Shown here one piece after another: positions 24,685 through 39,587 of a stretch of 64,000 nucleotides of DNA; position 1 is the stretch's first letter, and the number at the start of each line of letters is the position of its first letter. The stretch lies in NCBI GenBank assembly GCA_050273025.1, contig CP158635.1:16802001-16866000 (forward strand), in the 5' to 3' direction. The DNA is from Cenococcum geophilum (Eukaryota). The translations under genes were made by a program, and so were the position numbers. Under the pieces are notes generated by a model. That model ran no database searches. It had not been told where the DNA came from and saw only the letters and a list, made by a program, of their open reading frames with translations.

Positions 24685-27600
24685 GTACCTACTTATTAGT
24701 TTTTAAATGGAAAACTAATGCTATAAGGTATAATACTCTATCCTCGTTATATTACGATAGGATGCCTCTAGTAATATAGTTAGACGAATTAGCTTCTATA
24801 ACACTTATTTAGTTTAGGTTAAAGTATTAGAGTATAGGCGCGGTAGTAAATATAACCTTTAAATAAGTAAAGGCCTTTTTATATTTCTTACCGAAGATAA
24901 AGGCTTTATTCTTTTAGGTTAGAGCTATAAGGGGAAAAACTAGGGCGGAGAAGTTATTAATAAACCGTTAGTAGAAATTAGTAAATTCTATAAAGGCTTT
25001 TACGTCCTTAACGTTCTTAGGTTTTTGCCAGTTTATAATTACTTTAACCTTCTTTAGGGCTATTTATATACCGTTTATAGAAATAAGGAGTTTAAGGTAT
25101 AAGACTTCCGTTTTATAAAACTCGTATTTATCTATATCTAATTATAGGCTAGCTCTGTATAGGGCTTATAAAATAAGGTTAACGTATTTCTAATATTTAG
25201 TTAGGTTATTACTATATATTAAAATATCGTTAATATAAGCAGTATAGAAGATGTCTAGGTAGGGATATAGGGTATTATTTATATAGTGTTAAAATAAGCT
25301 TAGAGTGTTTATAAGGCTAAAGGGTATTACTAAGTATTTAAATAATCTATACCAAGTACGGAATATAGTAAGCTATTTATCTCCTTTTGTAATATAGAGG
25401 CGGTTAAATATAAAGATAATATTAAGCTTTATATAGTAGCGAGCCTTACTTAGTTAGTTTAGCGTCTCTTATATTAATGGGATCGGATATTAGTTTTTAA
25501 TGGTAATGGCGTTAAGAGTATAATAGTCTATATAGAAGCGTAGACTGCTACTAGGTTTCTTAATAAAGATTACTAGTATAGCTATAGGCGATAAGCTTGC
25601 TCTAATAAATCCTTTACTTAGATTCTCGTCTAAATACTTTTATAGCACTTAGAGTTTATTTTAGGATATCCCGTATAAGGGTCTATATCTAGGCTACTTT
25701 CCTTCTTTAAGTATAATCTTATAGTTATATAATTAGTGCTCTAGTAGCTTATTGGCTTCCTTTATAAGAATGCATCTAGGCGGTAATAATACTCTACTAG
25801 TGTGGTGGGGTAAAATGGACCACTGCTTAGTGGCTTAGCATGTTCCTGTATTTATAGAGCCTTCGGCTTCTCTCCTTTTCGACATCACGACCTACCGGAA
25901 TACATTCTTTCCTTTCTTCTTACTAACTGCTTTCCTACTGATTGATTACGACTGATAACCGACCGACTAACCGACCGACCGACAGATAGACAGCATTGTG
26001 ACTTCCTATCTGAGAGGGACCACGTCCACCACCACACTAGTACCTTTGTAGTAGGGTTAGTATACTTCTTTAGTACTAAGGCCTTCTTAATATCGGCTAT
26101 CGTAACAGTAAAGATTATATATTTAGGTTTCTTAGCAAGTTACGCTAGTAGGGTAGTTCTAATTATACGGATATCTAGGGTGCTAAGCTTGTTTAGATTT
26201 TCTATAGTTTCTTATTTAGGTTTAGGTTTAGTATTAGGTACGGAGTTATTATTAAATTTAGGTTTGGGTTCTTTAAGAATCCTTTTTATAGTAGAATACT
26301 AGTCCTTCTAGTATTTTTATGTATTAAGTTTAAGCTTCTGCTTAGCTTAGGGCGGTGTAGTAGTTAGAATTGGTTCGTAGGGTTTAGTGGAATTTTTAGA
26401 TCCTTAATAGATATTGGTGGAAGTCTTATAATAGTAAAATTCGGTAGAATTCCTAGGCTAGTAGAATTAGGTAGACTTCTTAGGTATAGGGTAGATTTTA
26501 GTAGATTTTTTAGATTTTAGTTTTAGGTCTAAGTAATAAGTTATAAAGCACTTCTACTTATAGCGGGAGGCGGTAAATAGAAGCTTAAGGTTGTTCTAAT
26601 TAATAGTTACCTTATATAGCTTTATCTAGGGTTGTTTAAGGATTACTAAGTAACCTAAGGTAGTAACAAAAAGTTTAATTAATTTTTTGTGGTTTAGGTA
26701 TTAAAGTCTTAGGAATACTATATAGGTAATATAGCCTAAAACAGTGCGTTTACTATTAAATCTAAATATATTAATATACCAGTTAAGGGGGGTTAAGGTA
26801 AAACTATTATCTTATATAAAGATCTTATTAATAAATCCTATGCTACTAGCTCCTGTATTAATTAAGTCTTAAGCATTAACCTATTAATTATTCTATTAAA
26901 GATAACAGTTAACGGTTATACTATAATTCTAAAAGTTAGAGTTTATAATATCTAAAGCATTTAACGAGATTCTAAGGCAGAGCCGTTTTGGAGAGCGACT
27001 TAGCTTTAAGACCTTCCTTTTAAAGGCAATTAGGGTAAAGTTCTTATAGCGTATTAGTTATAGCTTTATCCTTATAAGTAGTGTTTACTAAAAGACGAGT
27101 TAGAACTGGATAATAACCGGGGTTGGTGGATGGGGCTTGGTTAAGGCGATCGGTTGCTTATACTAGTTATTTATTTATATATTTAGAATAATGGGACAAT
27201 ACCTATACCCGTTATTTGTATATATATTTAGGGTAGTAGGATAGAGTAATAACTTAAGATATAAGCGTCGCTTCTATATTTAAAATAAAGGCTATATTTA
27301 ATACGTTATTTATATTTAGCAGATCCTTTTAGGGCGTATAAGAGGGTTTTAATGTTAATATTTATAGTATCTAGGTTTTTACGGGTCATAGGTAGCTAAG
27401 GGGCAGTATATTAAGGTGTATATTTTAAGGTAAGGCGTAGTATATTGTTATATAAGCCATTAATAACATTAGTATAGGTAGTAAGGGTATCTAGCAGCTT
27501 AACTCCTATAAAGGAAGCCTTTAGTTCGGAGTTTAGGGACTCTATTAGGCAATTAATTAAAGCGGGTTCGTTCTATCTAGTTTCTTTAGCATAATGGTAG

Positions 27601-28558
27601 AATTTAGTGAAGTATAATGGGAAGCTCTTAGAGCCTTATATTATCTTATTTAGTTTTCTTTATACTCTAGCAATTCGGTTGGGGTCGCTATAAAATACTT
27701 CTAGTATAGTAACTAGTTCTTCTATAGTGCTCGGCTAAAATAGGTATATAGTTTCCATGGCATCTCCTATTAAACAAGTAGTTGGCTATTAGGGGTAAAG
27801 TAGCGATCAATATTGTTATTTAGTTTGTTCTTAAGTTAGTTAAGAAAGGAGTATAGTTTACTCCTTTTGCCTAAATAGGCGGAAGGATTAGGGAGACGTT
27901 CGGTTAACTTCTTTATAGGGGTACTAGTTAACAAATTTAGGGTTAAGGAGCTAGTTTTAGATATATTCTCTCTACCTAGTGTTTATGGGTTAATACTAGT
28001 AGGGGTAAGTAGGGGTAACAGTGTGGTAGACGGTGGGTTTCGGCCGATCTCTTTAATTTCCTTTTTTTTAGAGATTTAATTACTTATAATGTTGGGCTTC
28101 TTAATAGGTAAGGGTATCCGCAAAAGCCTATTATAGAGTCTCCATTTATTTGGTAAATATATTATATAGGTCTTTTATAGATATAGGGGCTTCTAGGTTA
28201 TTTTATATACTAGTTAGGGCGGTATAGGGTATAGATTTAATGCAATATAGTGTTACGGAGTAAGTATAAGCGACGATAATATATAGTAGAGTAGATATTA
28301 TTAAGCTATATATATAAACTGTATAATAAGATTAAGACGTTATATAAGGAAAGAAGGTAGGAAATAGGAAGAAAAAGTATATATTATGGACTTAGTTGCT
28401 TAGTTAATGCGTATACGGAGTAGAATAGGATTTAGGTGATGGTCCTAGTAGAATATAGCAGATTGCCGTTAAATTGCCGTCTTGTGGTCAGTTTTTAGTT
28501 GCTAAGTTAGTAGAAATAGGTAAACGTATATAAGGTGTTACGGAGGTGTCCTGTAACA
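24685..28558 (-). mobile_element. Ty3/Gypsy family C (MAGGY-like), 5' part: LTR 28251-28558, gag, protease, RT, start of RNase H
   Basis: The LTR tgttacggag...ctgtaaca is homologous to 46244-46643, and pol is colinear with ~42920-45030. It is cut at 24684 by another LTR. Confidence 0.87.
25801..26036. mobile_element. Solo LTR (236 bp), little RIP, 4-bp TSD
   Basis: Inverted termini TGTGGTGG...CCACCACA with CTAG on both sides. The empty site is visible in the paralogue at ~44034-44050. Confidence 0.85.
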
Positions 28559-28822
28559 TTTACCCTATATAATATATTACAATACTAAAGCTAGTGTATG
28601 GAGGTATAAAGCTACTAGTTTATAAAGTAGATATATATAAAGGATAAAAAGAAGACAAATAATAGGTTTCAAAGATTATTAGTTATAAGGATATTAATAA
28701 CAAAATATAGTATAAAGTTAAGTAGATAGTTTATAACAAGACTACCTAGGAACTACTATAGAACTTAAAGAACGCTATAGGAAAGGTATAGGAGTATTTT
28801 AAAAAAAAATAGGTTAGGTAAT
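28559..28822 (+). pseudogene. Gypsy A-type integrase end and chromodomain fragment
   Basis: Reverse complement of ~5580-5840, with degenerate YEVKW...TWEP. It is interrupted by the family B LTR at 28823. Confidence 0.8.
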
Positions 28823-30579
28823 TATTACGGACCTTATATCGGCAGTAGTATAACTACTAAAAAGAGATATAAATAGGTTAGTTAAGATAGTACGGGAGGC
28901 ACTAAAACCAATCGAGCTATAGAATAAGGGGTATTTAAGTTATATAGCTAGTTACGTTATAAGTTTAGAACGTAGAAATATAGAAATATAAAAACGTAAC
29001 GTACTAACGTACTAACATACTTAGTACATTTCTTAGGCGCAGTATTATATATTTAAAGAACTATAGTCCCTACCTAGATAGTTCTCTTTTTTATAGTAAA
29101 TCTTAGAATATAATTAGAGTTAATCTATTAAGCAACCTACTCCACTAATTATTATTATATTATTAACTTCTTATTTACCTACATACCTAGCCTATCAATA
29201 AGTTTACCATAGTTCCTACTATAAGGCTTTGCTATATATTTACTACCTAGTTATAATATTAATAAAGTTAAATAATATGCCACTAAAAGCACTAGTTATA
29301 ACGCCGTTAATAGTAGTAACGACTTTAGGAATAAGTAGGGATACTAGCATATAAGATACGGATTCGCAGCTAGTTATAGTAGGTTAGCTATAGGAAATAG
29401 TTAATTAGTTAACAGATAGTAACTAAATACTTAAAGAATAAATTAATGGAATTAGAGCAGTAAAGGTTAAGTTACTATTAGTTGAGCGATTCTTAGGAGA
29501 AAAGTTAAAGCTTAAAGGGTTTCTTGTATAAATGCGCTTTAAGGTAATATAAGAGGGCGTAAAGCTTACTATACTAATAGACCAAGTGGTCTACGTAGGA
29601 CTATTCTTATTAGGGAGAGCACTTAAGTAGTTTAAACTTTACCTTACTAAGGTATAGGCGTATAGGGATATAACTACTAACCTAGAGGTTAAATATATGT
29701 TTTTAAGCTAGAATAGGTTTATAAGCCAACTAATATAGATATTTAAAGACCTAAAAGTAATAACTATAGTGGAATAAAAGCTTTAAAACCTAGTATAACG
29801 AACCTTAGCAATTAAGTACACAATATAGTTCTAAACACTAGCTATATAGGTTAAGTGGAATAATAAGGCGCTTATAGTACAGTATAAATAGGGACTTAAG
29901 GTAAAAGTTTAGGATATAATTATCCTAATAAAAGATGCGGATATACTTAGGGAATTAATAGATTAAGTAATTAAGATTAATAATAGGATCTATTAACAAG
30001 AATAAACTGAAAAAGGTTAAGATAGAGTTCTATAGTTATATAAGGCGTAAAGCACGCATTAACTAAGTTAAAAACTATAAAATGGTGGACCAGAGCTAAT
30101 AGACCTAAGTAGTACTAAAGAATATAGGAATAAATAACTATAGAAACCTAGAGGATAAGAATTAAGTAATTAAAGGTCTAATGAGCAGAGGCTAAACCAG
30201 GAATCTTAGTAGTAGAAGACGTTTAGGCGGACTCTATAACAAGAAAAATGGTTTAAAAAAAGAGCTTATATAAATTGCGGAAAATAGGGTTATTTTGCCA
30301 GAAACTATAAAAATAATTAGAGTAACTATATAGTAAAAGGAACTAGACTAGTAGACGATATATATATATATAGAGGGACGATAGTATACTATAAGGAACT
30401 AAAAAGTATTTAATTAAAAGTTTTGTATTTTATTATAATAATATATACTAAATTTATAAAGACGCTAAGTATAGCGTAAGCTATTAGCTATAGAAGCTAA
30501 AATTATTAAAGTTTAGAGGAACTAATAAAATATTACGTAGATTAGATATTAAGGGCGATAAATTTAATATAAGTGAAAT

Positions 30580-33500
30580 TGTTGGGAATAGGGTAAATTG
30601 CCGCTATGTAAGGCAAATTGCCGTCACGTAAGGCAAGTTGCCGTCACGTGTTGCCGCGGCACTACCGTAGCGAGGAACCTTAAGTTTCTTGACCCTTACC
30701 ACTATCTAAAAGAATAACAACTATTATACTATCTACGAACCATAGCTACGTGATATCCCCTTATGAGTCCAACACTGATTAGTGGTTAACTTTACTGTTA
30801 TACTATAGAGCAGCTAGGTATTCCACTAAGAAGAGATAAGCTACTATACCAGTGTTACTTGTGCTAAAGGAAGCTGTCCTTTAAGGTTAGAACTGGTCCT
30901 AAACCTTAAATAGAACTCTTCTACGAATCTAAGGATCTAAAGGCTAGAACTGGTCCTGAGCCTTTCTAAGATTATAGATTTTTACGTCCATTACGCAGAA
31001 CAACACGCTTTATAAGTCTTTATAATTTAAGGCCAGAACTAGTCCTAAGCCCTGTAATCGCAAATATACGTTATGAACGCGTACTAAACGACAATCCCTA
31101 TACTACTAATATTCCCTTCCTCCAAAGATATAACTATGGCTACTCTAAACGACTGGAGAGACTTCTTACTACTAGGGGTAGCTATATACGCGAAACTTAT
31201 CGATGAAGATTAGGACGTATTTACCTTTAATGTAATAACTTATACCGTAAAATAAGTTAACGGCTTTCTCCTATACTATATTTTATTCTACCAAGATAGC
31301 TATTACGCTGATTTATAGTTATGGGAATACTTTAGGGAGGATTTTATAGGATGGACTGCCGACACCTAGGCACTTGGCAATATTAATATTATTTAGGATT
31401 TTTAAGACTCCCTCCGAAGGAATAGGGTGTATATTACTAAGGACGGTAACCTAATTACTAGTAATATTTACGCCGTTTTTACTAGTATAAAAGAACTAGT
31501 ATGGACGGAAGCTGAGATTATACGTTAACTACGGAAACCTAAAACCAACCTATATTCTTTGGAAGGCAACTTTAATTCGGAACGAAACCCCTAGAATGCT
31601 ACTCTCCTACCTAGAGGTGCTCTCCTACCTAGAGGTGCTTTTCCTCTACCTTTACTATTTCTAACTCCTCTATCCTAGCCAACCGATAAGCCTCTATCTT
31701 AAGAAGTTACAAATCTAATAAAGGTATATTTAGACGAAGAGAAGAAGTTTGGAGGAGAATTGTACGATATACTCGGAGCAAAACTATAGGTCTTTTATAA
31801 TTGCTGCAACAAGGTCGGAATTTAACGCCACTAGTTCTATTATGCTTTCTCTGTTATATTAAAGGGACGGGCGGTAACGTTCTATTATAACTATATTATA
31901 GGTAAAAACTATAGCTTTAATGTAATGCTTTAGCTTATTAGAGCCTACTTTAAAACTAATAAGAACCGCTAACTCTATATGTCTAAATAGCGGGAGACTA
32001 TATTTTAGAGAGTTATCGCTTCTAACCTAATAATGACTTACCTAGAGTGTCTTTAACTACTCTTTAATAAACTTTAGAAAATCTAATATGGTCTTACCAA
32101 AACCTACTAAAATAAGAATAGTCTAAGGGACTAGGTTATCTTAGTATACCGTAGCGTTTTTAAGTGTAACTTAGCGCTATATAAACCTGTAGATATATTT
32201 AAAGGAGTATATACTAAACTACGCTCTGCTGTAGGCACTGTAATATAAATACAAGAACCCTAATAATTCTATACTAAAAACCCTATTTAAACCGGGATTC
32301 TAGACTAATATAATTATAACTGGACTAATTAAATATATGGTGGCCGGAGTAGGGGATACGGTAGAGGGTATAATTAATGTTAACTATAAAGTAATTATGG
32401 AGGTCCTTATAGAGGTTTATTTCGGAATAACCGTTAGAAGAAGTGCTACGTTTATAAGAAGCTAAATTACTAGTTAAATAGACACTCTCTTAACGAGCGA
32501 AAGGAGGTATATAATAAGTTCTAATAAAGTATAAGAAATGTTAGAAATTGTAAGGTTACTGCGGCCTACTTCTAAAGCTTTTTGGTCCAATATAAAGGCA
32601 TAGAAGACCTTAAGGATAAGGTTAATAAGGCCGAACAGCTCCTTATGGATATAGACATTAAGGACTACTTTCCCGACCAATACTTTACTAAGTATGGTGA
32701 GGTAAATGGCACATAAACCGTTGCTATCCTTAATAACTAATCTACGTTCCATTCTGTTATAAAGTTAGATATCTTTAATAAGCTAAAGGAAAGTTCCGCG
32801 TTCTCCTTTAACGACAGATACTTGGCGAACGTCTTCTATAGTATTATACCAGATACTAGAGCCGCAGGAGTATCCACAGTAGGAGAACCTTAAGTTTAAG
32901 CTCTTTAGTAGCTTAATAGCTTTGTTTAAATTAACTAATTAACAGCAGGCCAATATACAATTCGCTTTGGTAAGGGTACTATAATATCTCTCGGCACAAT
33001 TAAGGTCCAAACCCTATTAGGATATATTACCTTCCACATTATTCCCGTAAATACCCCGTTCCTATTCTATATCTAAGATATAAATAAATTAGGCGTTAAG
33101 CTTAATAACCTTAAGAATATGCTTATTTAGGGAGATAATTGGGTGCCTGTTGTACGTAAGTGGGGTTACCCTTAGTTACTCCTCTAATAACTAGAAAGGA
33201 GCGTTGCTTAGAGTTACTTAACTGAGTTAGAGCTACGTTAACTATACCGTCGTTTTAGCCACCTATTCGTTTACTAACTACTTAAGGTTCTTTAACAAGC
33301 AGGTTATAAAGTTGAGGTTAAGGCAATTAAGCATCTTATAAAGTACTGCTATTACTACTAAATAAACTAGAAGTCCCCTAGCCGATTTAAGTTCACCCTT
33401 AAAGATAACTACGACTTTAACTTCTATATTATTATTAATATTATATATCTTAACGGTAAGCCAGTTCTCTAAGCTGTTAATTTATTAACCTCCTTCTAAG

Positions 33501-36500
33501 CCGTACATTTCTTAAGGGATATATTAGCTAGAAACGCATAGGATACCCTTTAGTTGTGCTGGATTAATGTTTACCTAGGACCCCCTAATTAAATTATTTA
33601 CGACGTAGAAAAGAACTTCTTATCTATAGAGTTTTAATAATAGGTAAAAGTAATGGCAATTAAGGTTAAGGAAGTCCCTATTAAGGCATATAATAGTGTT
33701 AGAAAAGTGGAGCGATACTATACGCTATTACGCCAAGCATATAAGATTATTTCTTTAGAACTAGAGGACGCTAGCAAAGAAATTATCTTATAGATGGCTG
33801 TTAAGGCCGTTAACGATTCTGCTGGCCTAGATGGGCTCGTACCCATATTACTAGTCTTTAGCGCCTACTCTTAAATAACTAATAATTCTCCACTATCTCC
33901 CTCTATTGTGTAATAAGCTAAGGCTATTCGCAAAGCAATAAAGGAGGTATAACGTCTATACGCTACGCGCTAGGTTAATAACGCATTAGGAATAAGAAAT
34001 GGCCTAAATACCTTAACTACGCTTAATCTGCCACTTTAATCTAAAGTACGGGTACGGCGTGAAAAGGGAGGATGGTTAGGCCTATATAAACTTATTACAA
34101 TTAATGGTTAAACTTGCACTCTTTAGATGCCCTATAGACCTACTTAATTTTATTTAACCGTTATTAGGCCCTACTATAAAGATAATAGTTCCGAGCCTTT
34201 GCAAGATGCCCTAAAAAATACCCTAGAAGATGCCTTAAAGGAGAACCACGATTAACGTGCCCTAGAAGGCGACTGTGATTCTAATATAATTGTAGTAGAC
34301 GTGCTGTAACCATAACGCGGTAGAGGTCGCCCAAAGGGATTACGAAATTACTAACATCTTATTAATTTTAAAGAGCAATTTGTTGCTGCTATAAAGAGTA
34401 GAGTTAAGTTGTTAATGGCCTTTATAACAGCTAAAGAGAAGGCTGACTTTAAGCTTGTAAAACAGCTCTAAAAGGAAGGTCGTATTATAACTCTAAGAGC
34501 TCCTTTCCAAGCATCTAATAAGTAGGAAATCGACAGTCTTATTACAAGAGGAGTCTTTAAATTTGAGAAATATAACCCTACTAAGTTTGATGGAGTTTAT
34601 ATCTTTAAGTTAAGAATGGTTAATGAGATTAAGGGCAAAGCTACTAACGCCCTATTTAAGAAATTAAGGCTTATTATCTAAGGTTATAACGATAATGGCA
34701 AAGAGATAATTCTTATATAATCTCTCACGATTTAACGAGCTAGTTAGCGAGTTATTGTTGCATTAGCTCCCTCCTTAATAAAGAATAGAATGGCAGTTTA
34801 TTTGCGAGATATTACTTAGGCCTATACCTAATTAGAGACGCGCCTTTAGCGCTTAATACTGGCATACCTTTTAGAGTAAATTCGCCACTAATATCCCGAA
34901 GATACGATTATAGTTGTGCTTAAGCCACTATATAGAATTGCAGAAGTAGGAACTTATTGGTGGGCTACCTATAGCAAGCACCATAAAGAGAAGCTTTTAA
35001 TGACTACTTCTATATTCGATCCCTGCTTTCTTATTATAACTACAGGAACTTTATTTAGAATTATTGGCAAATAAACTAACGATATAATTATCTTAGGAGA
35101 CGACCAATTCTTAGCTCTTAAAGAAGACGAGCTAGTAAAGGCAAATCTTATAATAAAGCCAAAGGAAAAGCTTAGTTTAATAATACTATTACTCTTTAAT
35201 GGATACATCCTCTCCCTAAACAAGGATTCTATTGCTTTACGCTAGAAGGGTTAAGGCAAGAAGATCGACGTTATTAACGCTAATTCTCTAAAGCAAGGAT
35301 ACGTGGAGTAACGCGCTCGCGGAGCTTATATTACTTCTATCTATTAACCCAAGGCTTTATTTGATCTCTCTATTACCGCCTAATACTAGGAACTAACTAA
35401 GGACGATATCCTTGCCCTAAATAAGCGTCTTTTCTAGCAAATAAACCATCTTAATTAGGGACTACTCTACATGCCTATTAATCTTCCTACCGCTAAGCTC
35501 TTTGTATTTGTTAATAGATCGTTTATAAATAATAAAGATTTTAGCTCCTAGTTAGGATATAAGATTATTATCGCGAACGAATTTACTAGAGAGAATAACT
35601 TTATAATCTATAGCAATCTTATCTATTGGAGCTTAACTAAGAGTAAGCGCGTTACCCGAAGTATTTTGGCGTTAGAGATATATAGAATAGTTGGCGGAGT
35701 TAATATGGCAATTGCAATTGGAACTACCCTAAAGATAATTATAGATTGACTTAAACTTTCTGTTATCCCTATAATCGTATGCACCGACTTATATTCCCTC
35801 TACAAGTGTTTAGTTAAGCTTGGTACCACAAAAGAGAAGCGCCTTATAATTGATATTATGGCACTTCGGCAATCCTATAAGCGTTAAGAACTTTTTAAGA
35901 TTTAATAGATTAATGGCTAAGATAACCTGGTAAATATAATAACGAAGGCGAACCCAAACAAGGCACTAGAGGCGTTTATTAATACGAATACTCTACGTGT
36001 ACGAGTTGAAGGTTAGGTTAAAAGGGAGTCCCTAGAAATTTCTTAGTTACGTAAGGTCTTAAGATATCTAGGAACTTTAACCGGCGGTTAAAGTTGTCTA
36101 ATTAGTCAGATTCTCTTACCAAGACTTTTTAGAGTATAATATTCTGCAGACCCTAACTTAATCTAGCTAATTAGGATTTTCCATCCCTGGGATAGAAAAT
36201 CGCCATTGGCTTGCTTACTGCTAGCGCCTTAGCGGCCTACCCGTCTTTGCCAACTACTACATTGTCGCATAGTGTTTGGTCTTGTTGTATACTATCTGGT
36301 ATTATTATATCCTATCTGTTTATATATATATAAATAGCAACTATAAAAAGAAGAGTTACTAGTGTTGGGAATAGGGCAAATTGCCGCCATGTAAGGCAAA
36401 TTGCCGTCACGTAAGGCAAGTTGCTGTTACGTGTCGCCGCGGCACTACCGTAGCGAGGAACCTTAAGTTCCTCGACCCTTACCACTATCTAAAAGAATAA

Positions 36501-36557
36501 CAACCATCATACTATCTACGAACCGTAGCTACGTAATATCCCCTTGTGAGTCCAACA
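30580..36557 (+). mobile_element. Full-length Ty1/Copia (GalEa-like) element 1, RIP-inactivated; LTRs 30580-30774 and 36363-36557
   Basis: 195-bp TG...CA LTRs, TSD GAAAT and a PPT. Domain order is gag-PR (DT.AA)-IN-RT-RH, with KSKRVTRSILALE and KEKRL(M)ID motifs. Confidence 0.95.
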
Positions 36558-37021
36558 GAAATATTTAGCGATAATAAGGTAATAAAGGTAGCTTACTAGG
36601 AGTATATAGACCTTAGAGATATTATAATAGAGGTAGAAGTTAAATCCACTATAGAGAAAGGATTAGTAATAGGGATTAAAACTCTATTAAATATAATATT
36701 TATTACTTTATAAGACGCAAAAGAAGTAGGATAGTAAACTACTTTAGCACTTAATAAAGGTAAAAAGCCAAAGGCTTAAGACTTTAAAGAAAGGATAAGA
36801 GTATAAGCTAGTTATCTATAAGAATAGATTAAAGTAGAAGATTAGAAAGATAAGACTTCTATAATAAAGGGAAAGAGTTTTATAAAAGGTAAATAAAGTG
36901 TTTAGCCTTAGAGTTAAGCAGTTAATACTAGAATTATAGAGTTTACGGATCTAAAGGATCCCATAGCTAGACGCAAACTAGAAGAAAATTAAAAAAGATT
37001 TAAGAATTAAATTAAGGTATA

Positions 37022-39071
37022 CAGTAAACCCTCTTTAGTACGATATGGGGTATATAACGATATTATTTATATTACGATCTACACCTCTTAATTAAGCCCT
37101 TTTGGTGTAATATTACAATAATCTAACTTTTATTAATATTTTTAAGCACTTATTACTAATATCAGTATAAGCAGATTTTAATTTGTTAGATTTAGCCTTT
37201 GCTTACTATAAGTTTAGCTATTAAATCTATTATATAACAATTAAAATCCATTAAAATTACCTTTAAATCTTACTCTCTATACCTAATTCTATCTTATTTA
37301 TTATAGTAAGACATTAAAATCCTATAAGGCGACGCCGTTATAGCTTTACTAATTATAAGCGCTAGAAAATACGCACTTACTACTAAAAACACCCCAGTCT
37401 ACTATAATTGGAGGTTGCTTACTAGGTAAGCAACTTCCTCTATTATAATATTAATTAATCCTTAATATTAGAAATACTAAGCGATAAATTCTAATAGCTT
37501 AATTAAGCTAAATTATAATATAGGTAAAGTATATAAGAGCAAAAAAAAGCTGCTAAATATCCTCTTCTAGAGAAGGCTCTTTTTAAGTAACACTAGCGCC
37601 TATAAAACTTTTGTGTTCCTATTACTGGCGACCTTATATATACTGCCGCTACTTAATTATAGCAATAAATACCTATACTAGCGATAATAATTAAGCTAAA
37701 GTGGTTGCTTAGCTGGTTGAAAGGCTTTAAATCTTATAATGGTATTTATAAGAGAAATTAGTACGGTAAGGCTGCCTTAGCTAAAATAGAGGGAGCAGAA
37801 AATCGTATAGTAGAGCTTTAAGCAATTATTATACCTTATTTATTAAAGGATATTTATAATATAAATAATACAGGGTTATTTTAGAAGGCTATACTAGATA
37901 CTATATTAGCTACTAAGGCTCTATTAAGAATAAAGAAGTAAAAGGTATAAATCTCTTTAGGTAATTACTCTAATATAAATAGCTTAGATAAGCTTCCTCT
38001 CCTTATAATTAGCTTATTATTAAAGCTATATTACTTTATAAGTAATTAAATTAATATAGCCTCTATAAATATTATATAGGGGTATAATAAAAAGGCCTAG
38101 ATAATAACGGTAATTATACTTAAGTAGCTTACCTAGTTTAATAAAAGGATATATAGCAGGAAGATACTGCTTTTAATTAACGGCTTTAGCGCCTATAAAG
38201 CAGCTATTTAAACGCTTATTAAGAATAGCTCTCTTAAGAATATATACGTAAAGGTCCTTCCTACTAATTATACCTTATTATATTAACCTCTTAATTAAGG
38301 GATAATCGCAAACTTTAAGCTGCTCTACTAGCGATACTAGCTATAATATAGTAGAGCTCTTACTTTAAGATAAAAATCTAATTAAGTAGATATACGTCTT
38401 ATAGGCAATTTAATAGTTAATTAAAGCTTAAAAGGAAGTTACACTATAGATAATTAAGAATTGCTTTATTAAATCTACGTTATTTAGCTCTTATATAAGC
38501 CTATAGCCTCGCCCTTAAGATTATCTAGATCCTCCTATAGTTAATAAAATACAGTAAATAGTAGAGCAACTACTTATAGTAGAAAGAATTTGCGTTGTAA
38601 TAAATATTTAGAATTTTATTAAGCTACTAGGTAAGTAAATAGAGGATTTATTAAGGATCTTATTAAGTATATAGTAGAGCTTTATATAGGGCCTAATTAC
38701 GATATGGAAATAAATAAAGAGGTTATTAAGTAACCTCAAATTAAGCTTAATATGGCGCTTATAGCCTTATAAAAGCTTTATCTTTATAAGGAGTAGTAAA
38801 GCAATTCTAATAGAGACGTAATTATAACTCTATTAAGGCACGAGCGTTAAATTTAAGGCCAATGACCTTAAAACACTAAGCAGCAATTAATTGCGATATA
38901 TTTTAGTATAGTTAATCACTTAGTTACGACTTCACGCGTGTAGATATATAATATTATTACCTAATTTTAATTTTGAGTGCATTTTATATACAAGTATATA
39001 ATATAACAATACCTTTAGTATTACGATACGCTCGGCTAAGCAAACCGTATCATACTAAAGAGATTTTACTA
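37022..39071 (+). mobile_element. pogo/Tigger-like DNA transposon (CENP-B-type HTH plus DDE_1), RIP-inactivated
   Basis: 24-bp TIR cagtaaaccctctttagtacgata with TA TSD. Degenerate motifs SWLKGFK, N(MDE)TGLF(W), LLI(D)GFSA(H) and (Q)PL(DQ)GII. Confidence 0.9.
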
Positions 39072-39587
39072 TAGTAAGAATAAAAAGATTACCTAGGGTT
39101 AAGAATACTAGGTAGACTAAGGGTTAAAATACCTATATAAAAAATTACTAATAGGCCTAAAGCAGGCACGCTAAGAGTTAAATAGCTTAAAGAACTAGAA
39201 TAAGAGGAAGATTTAGAAATTCTAACTAGATTTAAAAAATGGTATATAAAAGGTTATAATAATACAGCAATAATAAAATATTTTCTTATAAATAGATTTT
39301 ATACGCTTACGGAACTATATTATAAGTGATATAGATAGTAATATAATAATAAGTAGGAAGATTTCTATATATAGCTAGATAAGAAAGTTATTTAAGACTA
39401 AGTAATTATAGAAAAATATATAAGTTACATTAAAAGAGCGTTAATTATAACGTTAAGAAATCTAGAAAAAAGATTAAAAGATTAGAAAAGTAAAAGGTAA
39501 ATTATAGTACCTGTAAACGAAAAACTAATATTTAAATTAGCTAAATAGAGGTTTAAACTTAAGGGCGAAGATAAATTAAGAGTTAAC

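Noticed and set aside
26214..26232. TTTAGG repeats resembling telomeric sequence (also ~44219-44235)
   Set aside because: Only about three units, inside Gypsy pol at the same place in both copies. They are RIP-altered codon repeats.
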